From an uncultured Muribaculaceae bacterium (GTDB lineage: Bacteria; Bacillota_I; Bacilli_A; RF39; UBA660), in the NCBI GenBank assembly GCA_964410275.1, contig CAYPGI010000001.1, forward strand, positions 1-34,082: DNA of 34,082 nucleotides, written 5' to 3'. The translations under genes were made by a program, and so were the position numbers. Positions 17,579-26,313 of the stretch are shown one piece after another (within the stretch, counting starts at the first letter, position 1; each line of letters opens with the position of its first letter). Below the pieces are notes generated by a model. It was not told the origin of the DNA and made no database searches. It saw nothing but the letters and a program-made list of their open reading frames with translations.

Positions 17579-19264
17579 CTAATTATATTGAACAAGATCA
17601 CCAAATATTTTTTTTAAATCATCTGTCTTTTCGTTTTTGGTCCTTTTTAATATTTTAGCAATATCTTGATCTTCTTCTATATATTTATATTCTTTTTCTT
17701 TAGAATTGTATTCTTTTTTTATTTTATCCCATTCTTTTTCAAATGTGGCTATAACTTTATATTCTCGCTTGTATGCTTTTTTAAATATTTTCTCAATAAA
17801 TAAAATATTTTCATTAAAGTAATCAGCTAACTTCTCACTTTCATATACAAAAATCAAATTCGTTTCACTATATGCTTTTATCTTTCCATCTAAAACGATT
17901 GACACCATTTTTGAATATTCTGGATCTAATAATAAACTTCTTATTAAATCTAATTCTTTTCTAAAAAGTAATAACTTCTTTTTATCAAAGTTTGCTAAAG
18001 TATTATTGATTCTAATTTCCTTTACTTTTTTTAAACTCTCTTTTAATTCAATATCACTACTTTCAGATAGTTCTTTTTTTTCTATTTTTTCCGTCTTTTC
18101 CTCTTTTTTCTCTTTAATAACTTCTTTTTGTTTATTGTCTAACCCATTTGAACTATTTGGTTTATCAGGTATATTTATAAGACTTTCTTCTCTATTTGAT
18201 AATTTTATACTTATTAATTCTAAAATTAATTTTGGATTATTTGTATTTTTTATATCTAATATTATTTGGCTAAAATCTTTAATATAATTTAACAATTTTT
18301 CTATAGTTACAATATTTGATGAATCTTCATATTCAAATTTATATTCATTATTTTCAAAGTAATTTGGAATAGTTTTATATAATAAAACATTTTTAATATA
18401 AAACACAATTTCTTCAGTTAATTTAATAAAATTCTTACCATTTTCGTTGTAATTATCTATTATATTTAATATTACTTCAATATTACAGTTGAATAAAGCA
18501 TCAACAAATTCCTTTATTTCTTTTTGTGTTATTGTTCCGTTAATTTCGTGAATTTCTTTAATAGTAATATTGTCTTCAGCATATGAAAAGACTTGATCGA
18601 GCATTCCTATTGCATCTCTCATCCCACCATCAGAAAGTCTCGAGATTTCTTTTAATACCCCTTCATCTACTGTTATTTTTTCCTCATCACATATATACTT
18701 CAATCTTTCTTCTATTTTATTCTGGCCTATTTTTTTATAATCAAAACGTTGACATCTTGATAAAATAGTTGCTGGAATTTTATGTGGTTCCGTTGTAGCT
18801 AAAATAAATATAACATGTGCTGGTGGTTCTTCAAGAGTTTTTAATAAGGCATTAAATGCACTTGTTGTCATCATATGAACTTCATCTATTATATATACTT
18901 TATATTTTCCAGTAGCGGGCACTAAGTTTACTTTACTCTTTAATTCTCTTATTTCTTCTACACCATTATTTGATGCGGCATCTATTTCTATTATATCAAC
19001 TGATTGCTTTAAATTAATTTGTGTACAATTTACACACTTGTTGCATGGTTCTATACCATTTAAATTTTCACAATTTATAGTTTTTCCAAATATTTTTGCA
19101 ACACTAGTTTTTCCTGTCCCTCTAGGTCCTGTAAAAAGGTAGGCATGATTTAATCGATTATTTAAAATTGAATTTTTCAATGTTTTTACGATTACTTCTT
19201 GTCCAACAACTTCTGCAAAACTTAAAGGTCTATATTTTCTATACAAAGCTTGATACAAAACCAT
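17579..19264 (-). CDS. dnaX: DNA polymerase III subunit tau (gamma/tau)
   Basis: The ORF carries YRKYRP, Walker A GPRGTGKTS, the Zn module CNKCVNC, DEVHM and SRCQRF. The start is uncertain. The track GTG at 19273 has no SD, and the ATG at 19264 abuts GGAGGTG. The TTG at 19258 has ideal 8-nt spacing and would give MYQALYRKYRP. An extended -10 (TGTTATAAT, 19290-19282) lies just upstream. Confidence 0.92.
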   Translation of the reverse strand: MVLYQALYRKYRPLSFAEVVGQEVIVKTLKNSILNNRLNHAYLFTGPRGTGKTSVAKIFGKTINCENLNGIEPCNKCVNCTQINLKQSVDIIEIDAASNNGVEEIRELKSKVNLVPATGKYKVYIIDEVHMMTTSAFNALLKTLEEPPAHVIFILATTEPHKIPATILSRCQRFDYKKIGQNKIEERLKYICDEEKITVDEGVLKEISRLSDGGMRDAIGMLDQVFSYAEDNITIKEIHEINGTITQKEIKEFVDALFNCNIEVILNIIDNYNENGKNFIKLTEEIVFYIKNVLLYKTIPNYFENNEYKFEYEDSSNIVTIEKLLNYIKDFSQIILDIKNTNNPKLILELISIKLSNREESLINIPDKPNSSNGLDNKQKEVIKEKKEEKTEKIEKKELSESSDIELKESLKKVKEIRINNTLANFDKKKLLLFRKELDLIRSLLLDPEYSKMVSIVLDGKIKAYSETNLIFVYESEKLADYFNENILFIEKIFKKAYKREYKVIATFEKEWDKIKKEYNSKEKEYKYIEEDQDIAKILKRTKNEKTDDLKKIFGDLVQYN

Positions 19265-19323
19265 CACCTCCACGCTATTATATTATAACATTTATCCTTA
19301 TATAATAAAAGAAAATAAATTTA

Positions 19324-19767
19324 TTATTTTCTTTTGTCTTTAAAAAAATTAACCATTAATTCTCGCGATTCTTCATTACATATTCCTTTAGTTATTTCGA
19401 CATTATGATTATTTTTTTTGTTATTTAAAATATTTTCAATACTTGATACAAAACCGAATTTTTCTGATTCTGTAGCATATACTAACTTTTTTATTCTAGA
19501 CTGCAGGATTGCTCCTGCACACATTAAACAAGGTTCTAGAGTGACATATAATGTACATTCCTCTAATCTCCAATTTTTTATTTTTTTACAAGCTTTTTCA
19601 ATAGCTATTATTTCAGCATGTTTTGTAGCAATTTTATTTTTTTCTTTCTGATTATGTGCTCTTGCTATTATTTTGTTGTTTTTTACTATTATTGCACCAA
19701 CAGGAACATCACCTTTTTTATAACTCTTTTCTGCTTCTTTTAATGCTTCTTTCATATATATATCCAT
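19324..19767 (-). CDS. tadA: tRNA-specific adenosine deaminase
   Basis: Deaminase motifs HAEIIAI and PCLMCAGA are present. The preferred start is the ATG at 19767 (MDIYMKEALKEAEK..., SD AAGGTGAT). The track start at 19800 would overlap the SRP RNA. Confidence 0.9.
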   Translation of the reverse strand: MDIYMKEALKEAEKSYKKGDVPVGAIIVKNNKIIARAHNQKEKNKIATKHAEIIAIEKACKKIKNWRLEECTLYVTLEPCLMCAGAILQSRIKKLVYATESEKFGFVSSIENILNNKKNNHNVEITKGICNEESRELMVNFFKDKRK

Positions 19768-19790
19768 TAATATCACCTTTACAATAAAAA

Positions 19791-19864
19791 GGACACACAC
19801 ATTTAGAGGTTCTTAAGGCTGCTATCTTCCGATTCTGACCTGGTTCAAACATAAATGTTGTGTC
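19791..19864 (-). ncRNA. ffs: signal recognition particle RNA, short (4.5S-like, about 74 nt, no Alu domain)
   Basis: Minus strand: GACACAACAUUUAUGUUUGAACCAGGUCAGAAUCGGAAGAUAGCAGCCUUAAGAACCUCUAAAUGUGUGUGUCC. It contains the conserved domain IV core CCAGGUCAG...GGAA...AGCAGCC. The 5' and 3' ends pair (GACACAACAUUUA / UAAAUGUGUGUGUC). A U-run follows the hairpin. Confidence 0.85.
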
Positions 19865-19930
19865 ATATATAAAATACACTATTTTGTTTTAAAAAGCAAC
19901 TTAAAAATTATTTCCTGGGCAATATTTTAA

Positions 19931-19946
19931 TGTTTCACGTGGAACA
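19931..19946. promoter_or_regulatory. parS site 1 (ParB/Spo0J binding site)
   Basis: TGTTTCACGTGGAACA is the exact reverse complement of the B. subtilis parS consensus TGTTNCACGTGAAACA. Confidence 0.8.
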
Positions 19947-19968
19947 AAAAAAATTAAATTCAATCTTA

Positions 19969-19984
19969 CGTTCCACGTGGAACA
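19969..19984. promoter_or_regulatory. parS site 2
   Basis: CGTTCCACGTGGAACA has a 14-bp perfect palindromic core GTTCCACGTGGAAC. Only the outermost base departs from the consensus. Confidence 0.7.
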
Positions 19985-19999
19985 TTACTACTCTTTTTA

Positions 20000-20015
20000 T
20001 GTTTCACGTGGAACT
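20000..20015. promoter_or_regulatory. parS site 3
   Basis: TGTTTCACGTGGAACT departs from the consensus at one outermost base. Confidence 0.7.
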
Positions 20016-20034
20016 TTATCTTTTGTTTTTTATA

Positions 20035-20050
20035 TGTTTCACGTGGAACA
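20035..20050. promoter_or_regulatory. parS site 4
   Basis: TGTTTCACGTGGAACA is an exact consensus match, identical to site 1. Confidence 0.8.
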
Positions 20051-20052
20051 CT

Positions 20053-20079
20053 AAAAAGAGTAAGATATAATCTCACCCT
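20053..20079 (-). terminator. intrinsic terminator of gyrA
   Basis: Minus strand: GGGTGAGAT-tat-ATCTTACTC (9 bp with two G-U pairs) followed by TTTTT, starting 7 nt after the gyrA stop. Pairing is better on the minus strand than on the plus strand. Confidence 0.55.
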
Positions 20080-20085
20080 TTTATA

Positions 20086-22560
20086 TTATTCTTCAGAATT
20101 TTCTTCTTTTACTTCTTCAACTTTTGTTTCAATTTCTTCGCTATCATCTTTTGCTATAATTGCTACAGTACTTACTTTTTGATCATCTTTTAAATTAATA
20201 AGTTTTACACCTTGCGCAACTCTTCCTGTTGTAGATACTTGATCAACTGAAAGTCTGATAACTATTCCAATATTTGTAATAATTATTAAATCTTCTTCTC
20301 CAGTAACTGTTTTAAAGGCAACTATATCACCATTTTTCTCAGTAATATTTAGAGCTTTTACTCCTTTTCCTCCACGATGAGTAATTCTGTATTGTTCAAC
20401 ATCAGTACGTTTACCATAACCATTTTTTGTAACTACTAATATTTCTTGTCCAATGTTTACTACCTCACAGCCAACACAAGAACCATTTCCGACATGTACT
20501 CCTTTTACGCCAGAAGCAGTTCGGCCCATTACTCTGATTTCATTTTCATCAAATCTTATCATGCGACCATCAGAAGTAGCAATTAAAATTTCATTATTTC
20601 CCATTGTCTTTTTTACAGAAATTAATTCATCATCTTCTCTTAATGAAATTGCAATCTTTCCATTATTTCTAATACTATCAAATTCACTAATATTAGTTCT
20701 CTTTACCAAACCCTTTTGTGTACAAAATACAATATTCTTGGCTTCGTCATTTATTTCTACTTTTAACATTGCATTTACTACTTCATCAGAGCTTAAAGGT
20801 AATAGATTAACTATTGGTATCCCTTTTGATTGCCTATTAAATAATGGTACTTCATAACCTTTTATTCGATATACTTTACCTTTATTAGTGAAAAACATCA
20901 AATGGTCATGAGTAGTCATAGATATTAGATTTTCTACAAAATCTTCTTCATTTGTAGTCATTCCTTTAATCCCTACTCCACCTCTATTTTGAGTTCTATA
21001 GGTTTCACTATTTATTCTCTTAATATAATCCTTATTAGTTAAAGTAATTACTATATCTTCAACTGGGATTAATGATTCATCTTCAATATATTCAATTGCT
21101 GTCATATCTATGTAAGTTCTTCTTTCATCTGCATACTTAGCCTTTATTTCTAATAATTCTGTTCTAATTATTTCAAGTATTCTTTGTTCACTTGCTAGAA
21201 TTGCTTTGTATTCTTCAATTGCTTTTAATAAATCGTTTAATTCTGATTCTATTTTGTTTCTTTCTAAACCAGTTAAACGTCTTAATTTCATTTCTAAAAT
21301 AGCTTCAGTTTGAATTTCAGTTAAATTAAATTGTGAAATTAATTTTTCTTTAGCCACTTCATCACTAGATGCTTCTTTAATTGTTTTGATAACAGCATCA
21401 ATGTTATCAAGGGCTATTTTTAAACCTTCTAAAATATGAACTCTTTTTTCTGCTTTATTTAATTCAAAACGCGTTCTTCTTATAATTATTTCTTTTTGAT
21501 AATCAATATATTTAGAAATGATATCTTTTAATCCTAATACCTTAGGAACACCATTATCTAACATCAAAAGAATTATTCCATATGATGTTTGAAAAGAGGT
21601 GTGCTTATATAAATTATTAAGAATAACTTGTGGATTAGCATCTCTTTTTAATGTAATAGTTATTTTTATTCCATTTTTTAGATCACTATGATAATCAGTA
21701 ATTCCATCGATTACTTTATTATGAACTAATTCAGCAACTTTATTTTTTAAGTCTAGTGTATTAGTACCGTAAGGAACTTCATCAATAACAATATAGCATC
21801 GACCATTTTTTTCTTCAATTGTCGCCTTACTTCTAATTGTAATACTTCCTCTTCCAGTTTCATATGCTTTTTTTATTCCACTGTTTCCTAATATTATTCC
21901 CCCAGTAGGAAAATCTGGTCCTTTTATATAATTCATTAATTCTAATGTTTCAATGTTTGGATTATCAATATATGCTACACATCCATCTATTACCTCACCT
22001 AAATTATGAGGTGGTATATTGGTAGCCATACCTACTGCAATTCCCATAGTTCCATTTACTAATATATTTGGAAATCTAGAAGGTAATATCTCAGGTTCTC
22101 TTTCAGATTCATCAAAGTTAGAATTAAAATTAACTGTATCTTTATTTATATCCCTTAATAATTCCAATGATATTTTTGAAAGTCTTGATTCTGTGTAACG
22201 CATCGCTGCTGCTCCGTAACCCTCAATATTCCCAAAATTTCCATGGCCATCTACTAACATATAACGATAGCTAAAATCTTGAGCCATTCTTACCATTGCA
22301 TCATATATTGAAGTGTCACCATGTGGGTGATATTTCCCCATTACATCTCCAACAATACGAGCTGATTTTTTATGTGTTTTGTCAGGTAGATAACCTGATT
22401 CAAACATTGAATATAATATTCTACGGTGAACTGGTTTTAGTCCGTCTCTTAAATCTGGTAATGCACGTGATACAATTACACTCATAGAATATTCTAAAAA
22501 TGATGCTTTTACTTCATTTACAATATTGTTTTGTTCTAATTTATCTCTACTATGATCCAT
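20086..22560 (-). CDS. gyrA: DNA gyrase subunit A
   Basis: 824-aa ORF with DGLKPVHRR and the active-site region AAMRYTE. The C-terminal beta-pinwheel repeats and an acidic tail are present. Confidence 0.97.
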   Translation of the reverse strand: MDHSRDKLEQNNIVNEVKASFLEYSMSVIVSRALPDLRDGLKPVHRRILYSMFESGYLPDKTHKKSARIVGDVMGKYHPHGDTSIYDAMVRMAQDFSYRYMLVDGHGNFGNIEGYGAAAMRYTESRLSKISLELLRDINKDTVNFNSNFDESEREPEILPSRFPNILVNGTMGIAVGMATNIPPHNLGEVIDGCVAYIDNPNIETLELMNYIKGPDFPTGGIILGNSGIKKAYETGRGSITIRSKATIEEKNGRCYIVIDEVPYGTNTLDLKNKVAELVHNKVIDGITDYHSDLKNGIKITITLKRDANPQVILNNLYKHTSFQTSYGIILLMLDNGVPKVLGLKDIISKYIDYQKEIIIRRTRFELNKAEKRVHILEGLKIALDNIDAVIKTIKEASSDEVAKEKLISQFNLTEIQTEAILEMKLRRLTGLERNKIESELNDLLKAIEEYKAILASEQRILEIIRTELLEIKAKYADERRTYIDMTAIEYIEDESLIPVEDIVITLTNKDYIKRINSETYRTQNRGGVGIKGMTTNEEDFVENLISMTTHDHLMFFTNKGKVYRIKGYEVPLFNRQSKGIPIVNLLPLSSDEVVNAMLKVEINDEAKNIVFCTQKGLVKRTNISEFDSIRNNGKIAISLREDDELISVKKTMGNNEILIATSDGRMIRFDENEIRVMGRTASGVKGVHVGNGSCVGCEVVNIGQEILVVTKNGYGKRTDVEQYRITHRGGKGVKALNITEKNGDIVAFKTVTGEEDLIIITNIGIVIRLSVDQVSTTGRVAQGVKLINLKDDQKVSTVAIIAKDDSEEIETKVEEVKEENSEE

Positions 22561-22571
22561 AATTTTACCTC

Positions 22572-24488
22572 CTATACATCAAGATTTTGCACATATACTG
22601 CATTTTCTTCTATAAACTGTCTTCTTGGTTCAACCTCTTCACCCATCAATTTACTGAATATTTCATCAGCTAACATTGCATCATCTACTGTAATACGCCT
22701 TAAAATACGCTTTTCTATATCCATTGTTGTTTCATTTAATTCTTCAGCATCCATTTCTCCTAACCCTTTCATACGAGCAATATCATACTTAGTGGTTGGA
22801 GGTAAAGTTTCTAAATAATCGTCTCTCTCTTTTTCATTTAAAACATATTTAATTACCTTATTATGTTTTATAACAAATAATGGTGGTTGGGCTGCATAAA
22901 CATGTCCAGCTTCAACTATAGGTTTGAAGAAACGATAAAACAAAGTTAAAAGTAAAACTCTAATATGTGAACCATCTACATCAGCATCGGTCATTATTAC
23001 TATTTTATTGTATCTTAATTTACTTAAATCAAATTCTTCACCTATGCCTGTTCCAAATGCTGTGATTATTGTTCTTATTTCTTCGTTTGACAACGCTCTA
23101 TCTATACGCGCCTTTTCAACATTTAGTATTTTTCCACGCAAAGGCAATATAGCTTGTGTCATACTATTTCTTCCTTTTATAGCAGATCCACCAGCAGAAT
23201 CCCCTTCTACTATAAATATTTCACATTCGGAAGCATCCTTACTTTTACAATCACTTAATTTTCCATAAAAGTTAGTTATATCAAGGTCTCCCTTACGTCT
23301 AGTTAGTTCTCGTGCTTTTTTGGCAGCAACTCTTGCTCTTGCAGCAACCATTGTTTTTTCTATAATTATTTTTGCTTGATCAGGATTTTCCATTAAAAAT
23401 CTTTCGAAACCTTCGCTAAAAATATTAGATGCTAATTTTCTAACTTCACTATTTCCTAATTTTGTTTTAGTTTGTCCTTCAAATTGAGGTTCTACTACTT
23501 TTGCGGAAATTATCATAGTTAGTCCTTCACGAACGTCATCACCTGTTAAAGGATCATCATTTTCTTTTAATATTTTACTATTTTTTCCATAATTGTTAAT
23601 AATTCTAGTTAAACTACTTTTGACTCCATCTTCATGTGTTCCACCTTCAGGTGTTATTATATTGTTGACAAATGAATAGATTGAACTATTATAGCTATCG
23701 TTATATTGTAGTGCTACTTCTAATTCAACATCTTTGTCAGAACCTTCAATATAAACAATAGATGGATGAATAGCATCCTTATCTTTATTTAAAAATTGAA
23801 CATATTCTTTTATTCCACCCTCGTAAACGAAAATGTCTTTTTTTTCTGTTCTTTCATCAACTAAAATTATTCTTAATCCTTTGTTTAAAAAAGCAAGTTG
23901 ACGGCTTCTATTGTATAAAATTTCATAACTAAAAGTAGTTGATTCTTTAAAAATTTCTGGATCTGGCATAAATGTTACAGTTGTTCCAGTTCTTTCGATG
24001 TTACAATCACCTATTACACTTAATGGTTTGACAGTATGTCCTCCATTTTCAAATCTTATATTATGAACTTTTCCTTCTTTATAAACTGTTACTTCTACCC
24101 ATTTACTCAAAGCATTAACAACTGAAGCTCCTACACCGTGAAGACCACCAGAAACCTTATATCCTCCACCACCAAATTTTCCACCTGCATGTAATACTGT
24201 ATAAACAGTTTCTACTGTGGATAATCCAGTTTTAGAATTAATCCCTACTGGTATTCCTCTTCCATCATCTTTTATTGTTACTGATCCATTTTTGTTTACA
24301 AATATTTCTATGTCATTACAATAACCAGCCAAAGCTTCATCTATAGAGTTATCAACTATTTCCCAAACTAAATGATGAAGGCCTGACTCACTTGTTGTAC
24401 CGATGTACATACCTGGTCTTTTTCTAACTGCTTCAAGTCCTTCTAATACCTGAATATCTGATGCGTCATAATGTTGTTCCTTATTCAT
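22572..24488 (-). CDS. gyrB: DNA gyrase subunit B
   Basis: 638-aa ORF with the GHKL ATPase motifs ([23 protein letters not shown]), Toprim EGDSAGG and [10 protein letters not shown]. Confidence 0.97.
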   Translation of the reverse strand: MNKEQHYDASDIQVLEGLEAVRKRPGMYIGTTSESGLHHLVWEIVDNSIDEALAGYCNDIEIFVNKNGSVTIKDDGRGIPVGINSKTGLSTVETVYTVLHAGGKFGGGGYKVSGGLHGVGASVVNALSKWVEVTVYKEGKVHNIRFENGGHTVKPLSVIGDCNIERTGTTVTFMPDPEIFKESTTFSYEILYNRSRQLAFLNKGLRIILVDERTEKKDIFVYEGGIKEYVQFLNKDKDAIHPSIVYIEGSDKDVELEVALQYNDSYNSSIYSFVNNIITPEGGTHEDGVKSSLTRIINNYGKNSKILKENDDPLTGDDVREGLTMIISAKVVEPQFEGQTKTKLGNSEVRKLASNIFSEGFERFLMENPDQAKIIIEKTMVAARARVAAKKARELTRRKGDLDITNFYGKLSDCKSKDASECEIFIVEGDSAGGSAIKGRNSMTQAILPLRGKILNVEKARIDRALSNEEIRTIITAFGTGIGEEFDLSKLRYNKIVIMTDADVDGSHIRVLLLTLFYRFFKPIVEAGHVYAAQPPLFVIKHNKVIKYVLNEKERDDYLETLPPTTKYDIARMKGLGEMDAEELNETTMDIEKRILRRITVDDAMLADEIFSKLMGEEVEPRRQFIEENAVYVQNLDV

Positions 24489-25612
24489 TTTTTATCCACC
24501 TCTTTTGTTTTAATTACAATGCCATTTTTTATTTTAAAAATTTTTGCATTTTTTAATGTTTTTTCATCGATATTATTTAAATCTGTTGTTGTAATTATTG
24601 TTTGAGCCTTATTATTTATATATCGCAATAACTTATTTTTTTTAGAATCATCCAGTTCACTAAAAACATCATCCAATAATAATAAAGGAGTTGTTTTACA
24701 ATATTTTTTAAATACTTCTATTTCTGCTAATTTCAAAGAAATAATAGCTAATCTTTGTTGTCCTTGTGAACCATATTCTTTTAAATTCTTATCTTCAACA
24801 CAAAAAAGGAATTCATCACGATGTGGTCCTACTAAAGTCATTCCTAACTTAATCTCAGTACTTAATATTTTATTAAAGCGATATCTCAAATTTTCTTTTA
24901 AATATTCTGTTTCAAAACTATCTAATTTAAAATAAGGACTATATCTAATATTAAATCCATTAGTTCCTGATATTCTTTTGAAAATTTTTCCACTATGTTC
25001 ATTTATTTTTAAAATAAATTTATCTCTTGCTTTATATATAAAGATTGCTTTTTCTATTAAACATTCTGTTAAAATATCAAAATAATTTTTATCCACTTCT
25101 ATATTTTTTTGCATTTGTTTTAAATATTCATTTCTTATTTTTAATATTTTTTTATAATCATTTAAAACTTTATAATACTGACTATATAATTGACTTAATT
25201 CTAAATTAAAATATTGTCTTCTTATATTTGGAGATCCCTTAATTATTTCTAAATCCTCTGGATAAAAAATAATAATATTAAGTTTAGAAATATAATCACT
25301 TACTTTTTTAATTTCATTATTATCAATTTTAAGTTTTTTATTTTTATTATCTAAATAAATTTCCATTTTAGTATTAATATTATTTTTTTCTACAATTCCA
25401 AAAATTTTAGATTTTGTTTGACCTTCTTTTATTAAATTATTATCAATGAAAGAACGATGTGATTTTGTTAGTCCTAAAACATATATACTTTCTAAAATAT
25501 TTGTTTTACCTTGGGCATTATTGCCATAAATAATATTTGTTTTTTTATTAAATGTTAATTCTAATGATTCATAATTTCTAAAATTGACTATTTCTATTTT
25601 TTTTAGAATCAT
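24485..25612 (-). CDS. recF: DNA replication and repair protein RecF
   Basis: 375-aa ORF with Walker [13 protein letters not shown], the signature SQGQQR and Walker [13 protein letters not shown]. There is a 4-nt ATGA overlap with gyrB. Confidence 0.95.
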   Translation of the reverse strand: MILKKIEIVNFRNYESLELTFNKKTNIIYGNNAQGKTNILESIYVLGLTKSHRSFIDNNLIKEGQTKSKIFGIVEKNNINTKMEIYLDNKNKKLKIDNNEIKKVSDYISKLNIIIFYPEDLEIIKGSPNIRRQYFNLELSQLYSQYYKVLNDYKKILKIRNEYLKQMQKNIEVDKNYFDILTECLIEKAIFIYKARDKFILKINEHSGKIFKRISGTNGFNIRYSPYFKLDSFETEYLKENLRYRFNKILSTEIKLGMTLVGPHRDEFLFCVEDKNLKEYGSQGQQRLAIISLKLAEIEVFKKYCKTTPLLLLDDVFSELDDSKKNKLLRYINNKAQTIITTTDLNNIDEKTLKNAKIFKIKNGIVIKTKEVDKK

Positions 25613-25718
25613 TATACTGCCCCTTTTCTATTATTTTGCCATTTAATTGCTGTTTAAAGATTTTTAGCAATTATTAGTACTCCTATACACAATTATATTA
25701 TATCACATTAAATTGATT

Positions 25719-25750
25719 AAAAAAAGAAAAAATAAGCAATATTGCTTATT
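25719..25750 (-). terminator. intrinsic terminator after the comK-like gene
   Basis: Minus strand: AATAAGCAA-ta-TTGCTTATT directly after the TAA stop, followed by the T-rich tail TTTTCTTTTTTT (plus-strand A-run 25719-25730). Confidence 0.6.
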
Positions 25751-25751
25751 T

Positions 25752-26204
25752 TTATGTTGTTTGTAGCTTCATTAATTTTGATTCTAACATAGTTGCTCGA
25801 TAAATTTGATTTTCTAAAATAAAATAAGATAAATCTAATTCTATTTCTTTACCATTTTTAAAAGAAACAATTCCTTTATTATCTTTGTTTTTTAGATAAT
25901 CTTTGATATTTTTTAGAGAAATCCAAAAACAATGATCAAACCTAGGTGAACTAGTAGGAAAAAATATTATTCCGCCTGTTTCACAAACTATAATAGGTGC
26001 TTTGTAATTTACACCAATTAATTTTTTTGTGCCTTCTTTGCGTCCTAAGTATGAACTACCAAAATATTTGCAACTATCATCAATTATTTTAGTAGTTGAT
26101 TTATTTACTAAAAATTGATCATTTTCTTCAATAACTTGTGATATTTTATCAGTTACAGGTATTAGAATTAATGTTCCTCTATTTATTTCATAACTATCTT
26201 TCAT
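25752..26204 (-). CDS. comK: ComK-family competence transcription factor homologue (short, 150 aa)
   Basis: The ORF aligns by eye with B. subtilis ComK: SYEIN/SYEVN, DDSCKYFGSSYLGRKEGT/DRSCRFFGSSYAGRKAGT, KAPII/KPPIM, FFPTSSP/LFPTLSS, FWIS/GWIS and SYFILENQIYRATML/SYNSFENQVYRTAWL. It lacks about 40 C-terminal residues of the Bacillus protein. Confidence 0.8.
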   Translation of the reverse strand: MKDSYEINRGTLILIPVTDKISQVIEENDQFLVNKSTTKIIDDSCKYFGSSYLGRKEGTKKLIGVNYKAPIIVCETGGIIFFPTSSPRFDHCFWISLKNIKDYLKNKDNKGIVSFKNGKEIELDLSYFILENQIYRATMLESKLMKLQTT

Positions 26205-26313
26205 ATTTCACTCCCCCCTATGACAATTTTCCGCATAACGGAATTAACACTCTTATACTTCATTTTTTTGTCAAATTTTGTCGAAATATGAAATTTTTAG
26301 TATTTTCTTTATT

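Noticed and set aside
19768-19800. N-terminal extensions proposed by the ORF track. Examples: tadA from 19800, the lipoprotein from 4524, dut from 8381, bofA-like from 16629, the 3D-domain protein from 5204, tatD from 6005 and rnpA from 29392.
   Set aside because: The extended starts are non-ATG or lack an SD. They run into an SRP RNA, a T-box terminator or the gene's own SD. In each case an internal ATG with a well-spaced GGAGG/GGTG-type SD gives the conserved N-terminus.
19930-20070. A 46-codon plus-strand ORF (MFHVEQKKLNSILRSTWNITTLFMFHVELYLLFFICFTWNTKKSKI) runs through the repeat array. The array itself could also be mistaken for a mini-CRISPR.
   Set aside because: The ATG has no Shine-Dalgarno sequence. 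The reading frame stays open only because the same 16-mer recurs. The repeats are 16-bp palindromes matching parS exactly, which is too short for CRISPR repeats. The spacers are only 15-22 bp, and no cas genes or leader are present.
20453-20857. A 134-aa plus-strand ORF antisense to gyrA. Similar antisense ORFs occur at 1787-1987, 2332-2562, 3915-4109, 7539-7963, 9638-9934, 10907-11476, 12143-12337, 13277-13489, 18006-18287, 18583-18768, 19418-19651, 22296-22818, 23008-23268, 26711-26983, 27041-27391 and 28555-28746.
   Set aside because: All lie entirely inside, and antisense to, strongly supported conserved genes. They lack SD sequences and translate to low-complexity Ser/Phe/Ile/Leu-rich strings. 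That composition is expected from the reverse complement of AT-rich, Lys/Glu/Asn-rich coding DNA.
26279-26285. A Spo0A-box-like heptamer TGTCGAA, with a nearby TTGACA, in the dnaN-comK spacer.
   Set aside because: A single 7-mer is expected by chance several times in 34 kb on two strands. There is no second box or properly spaced -10 element. I do not consider it evidence for Spo0A control.
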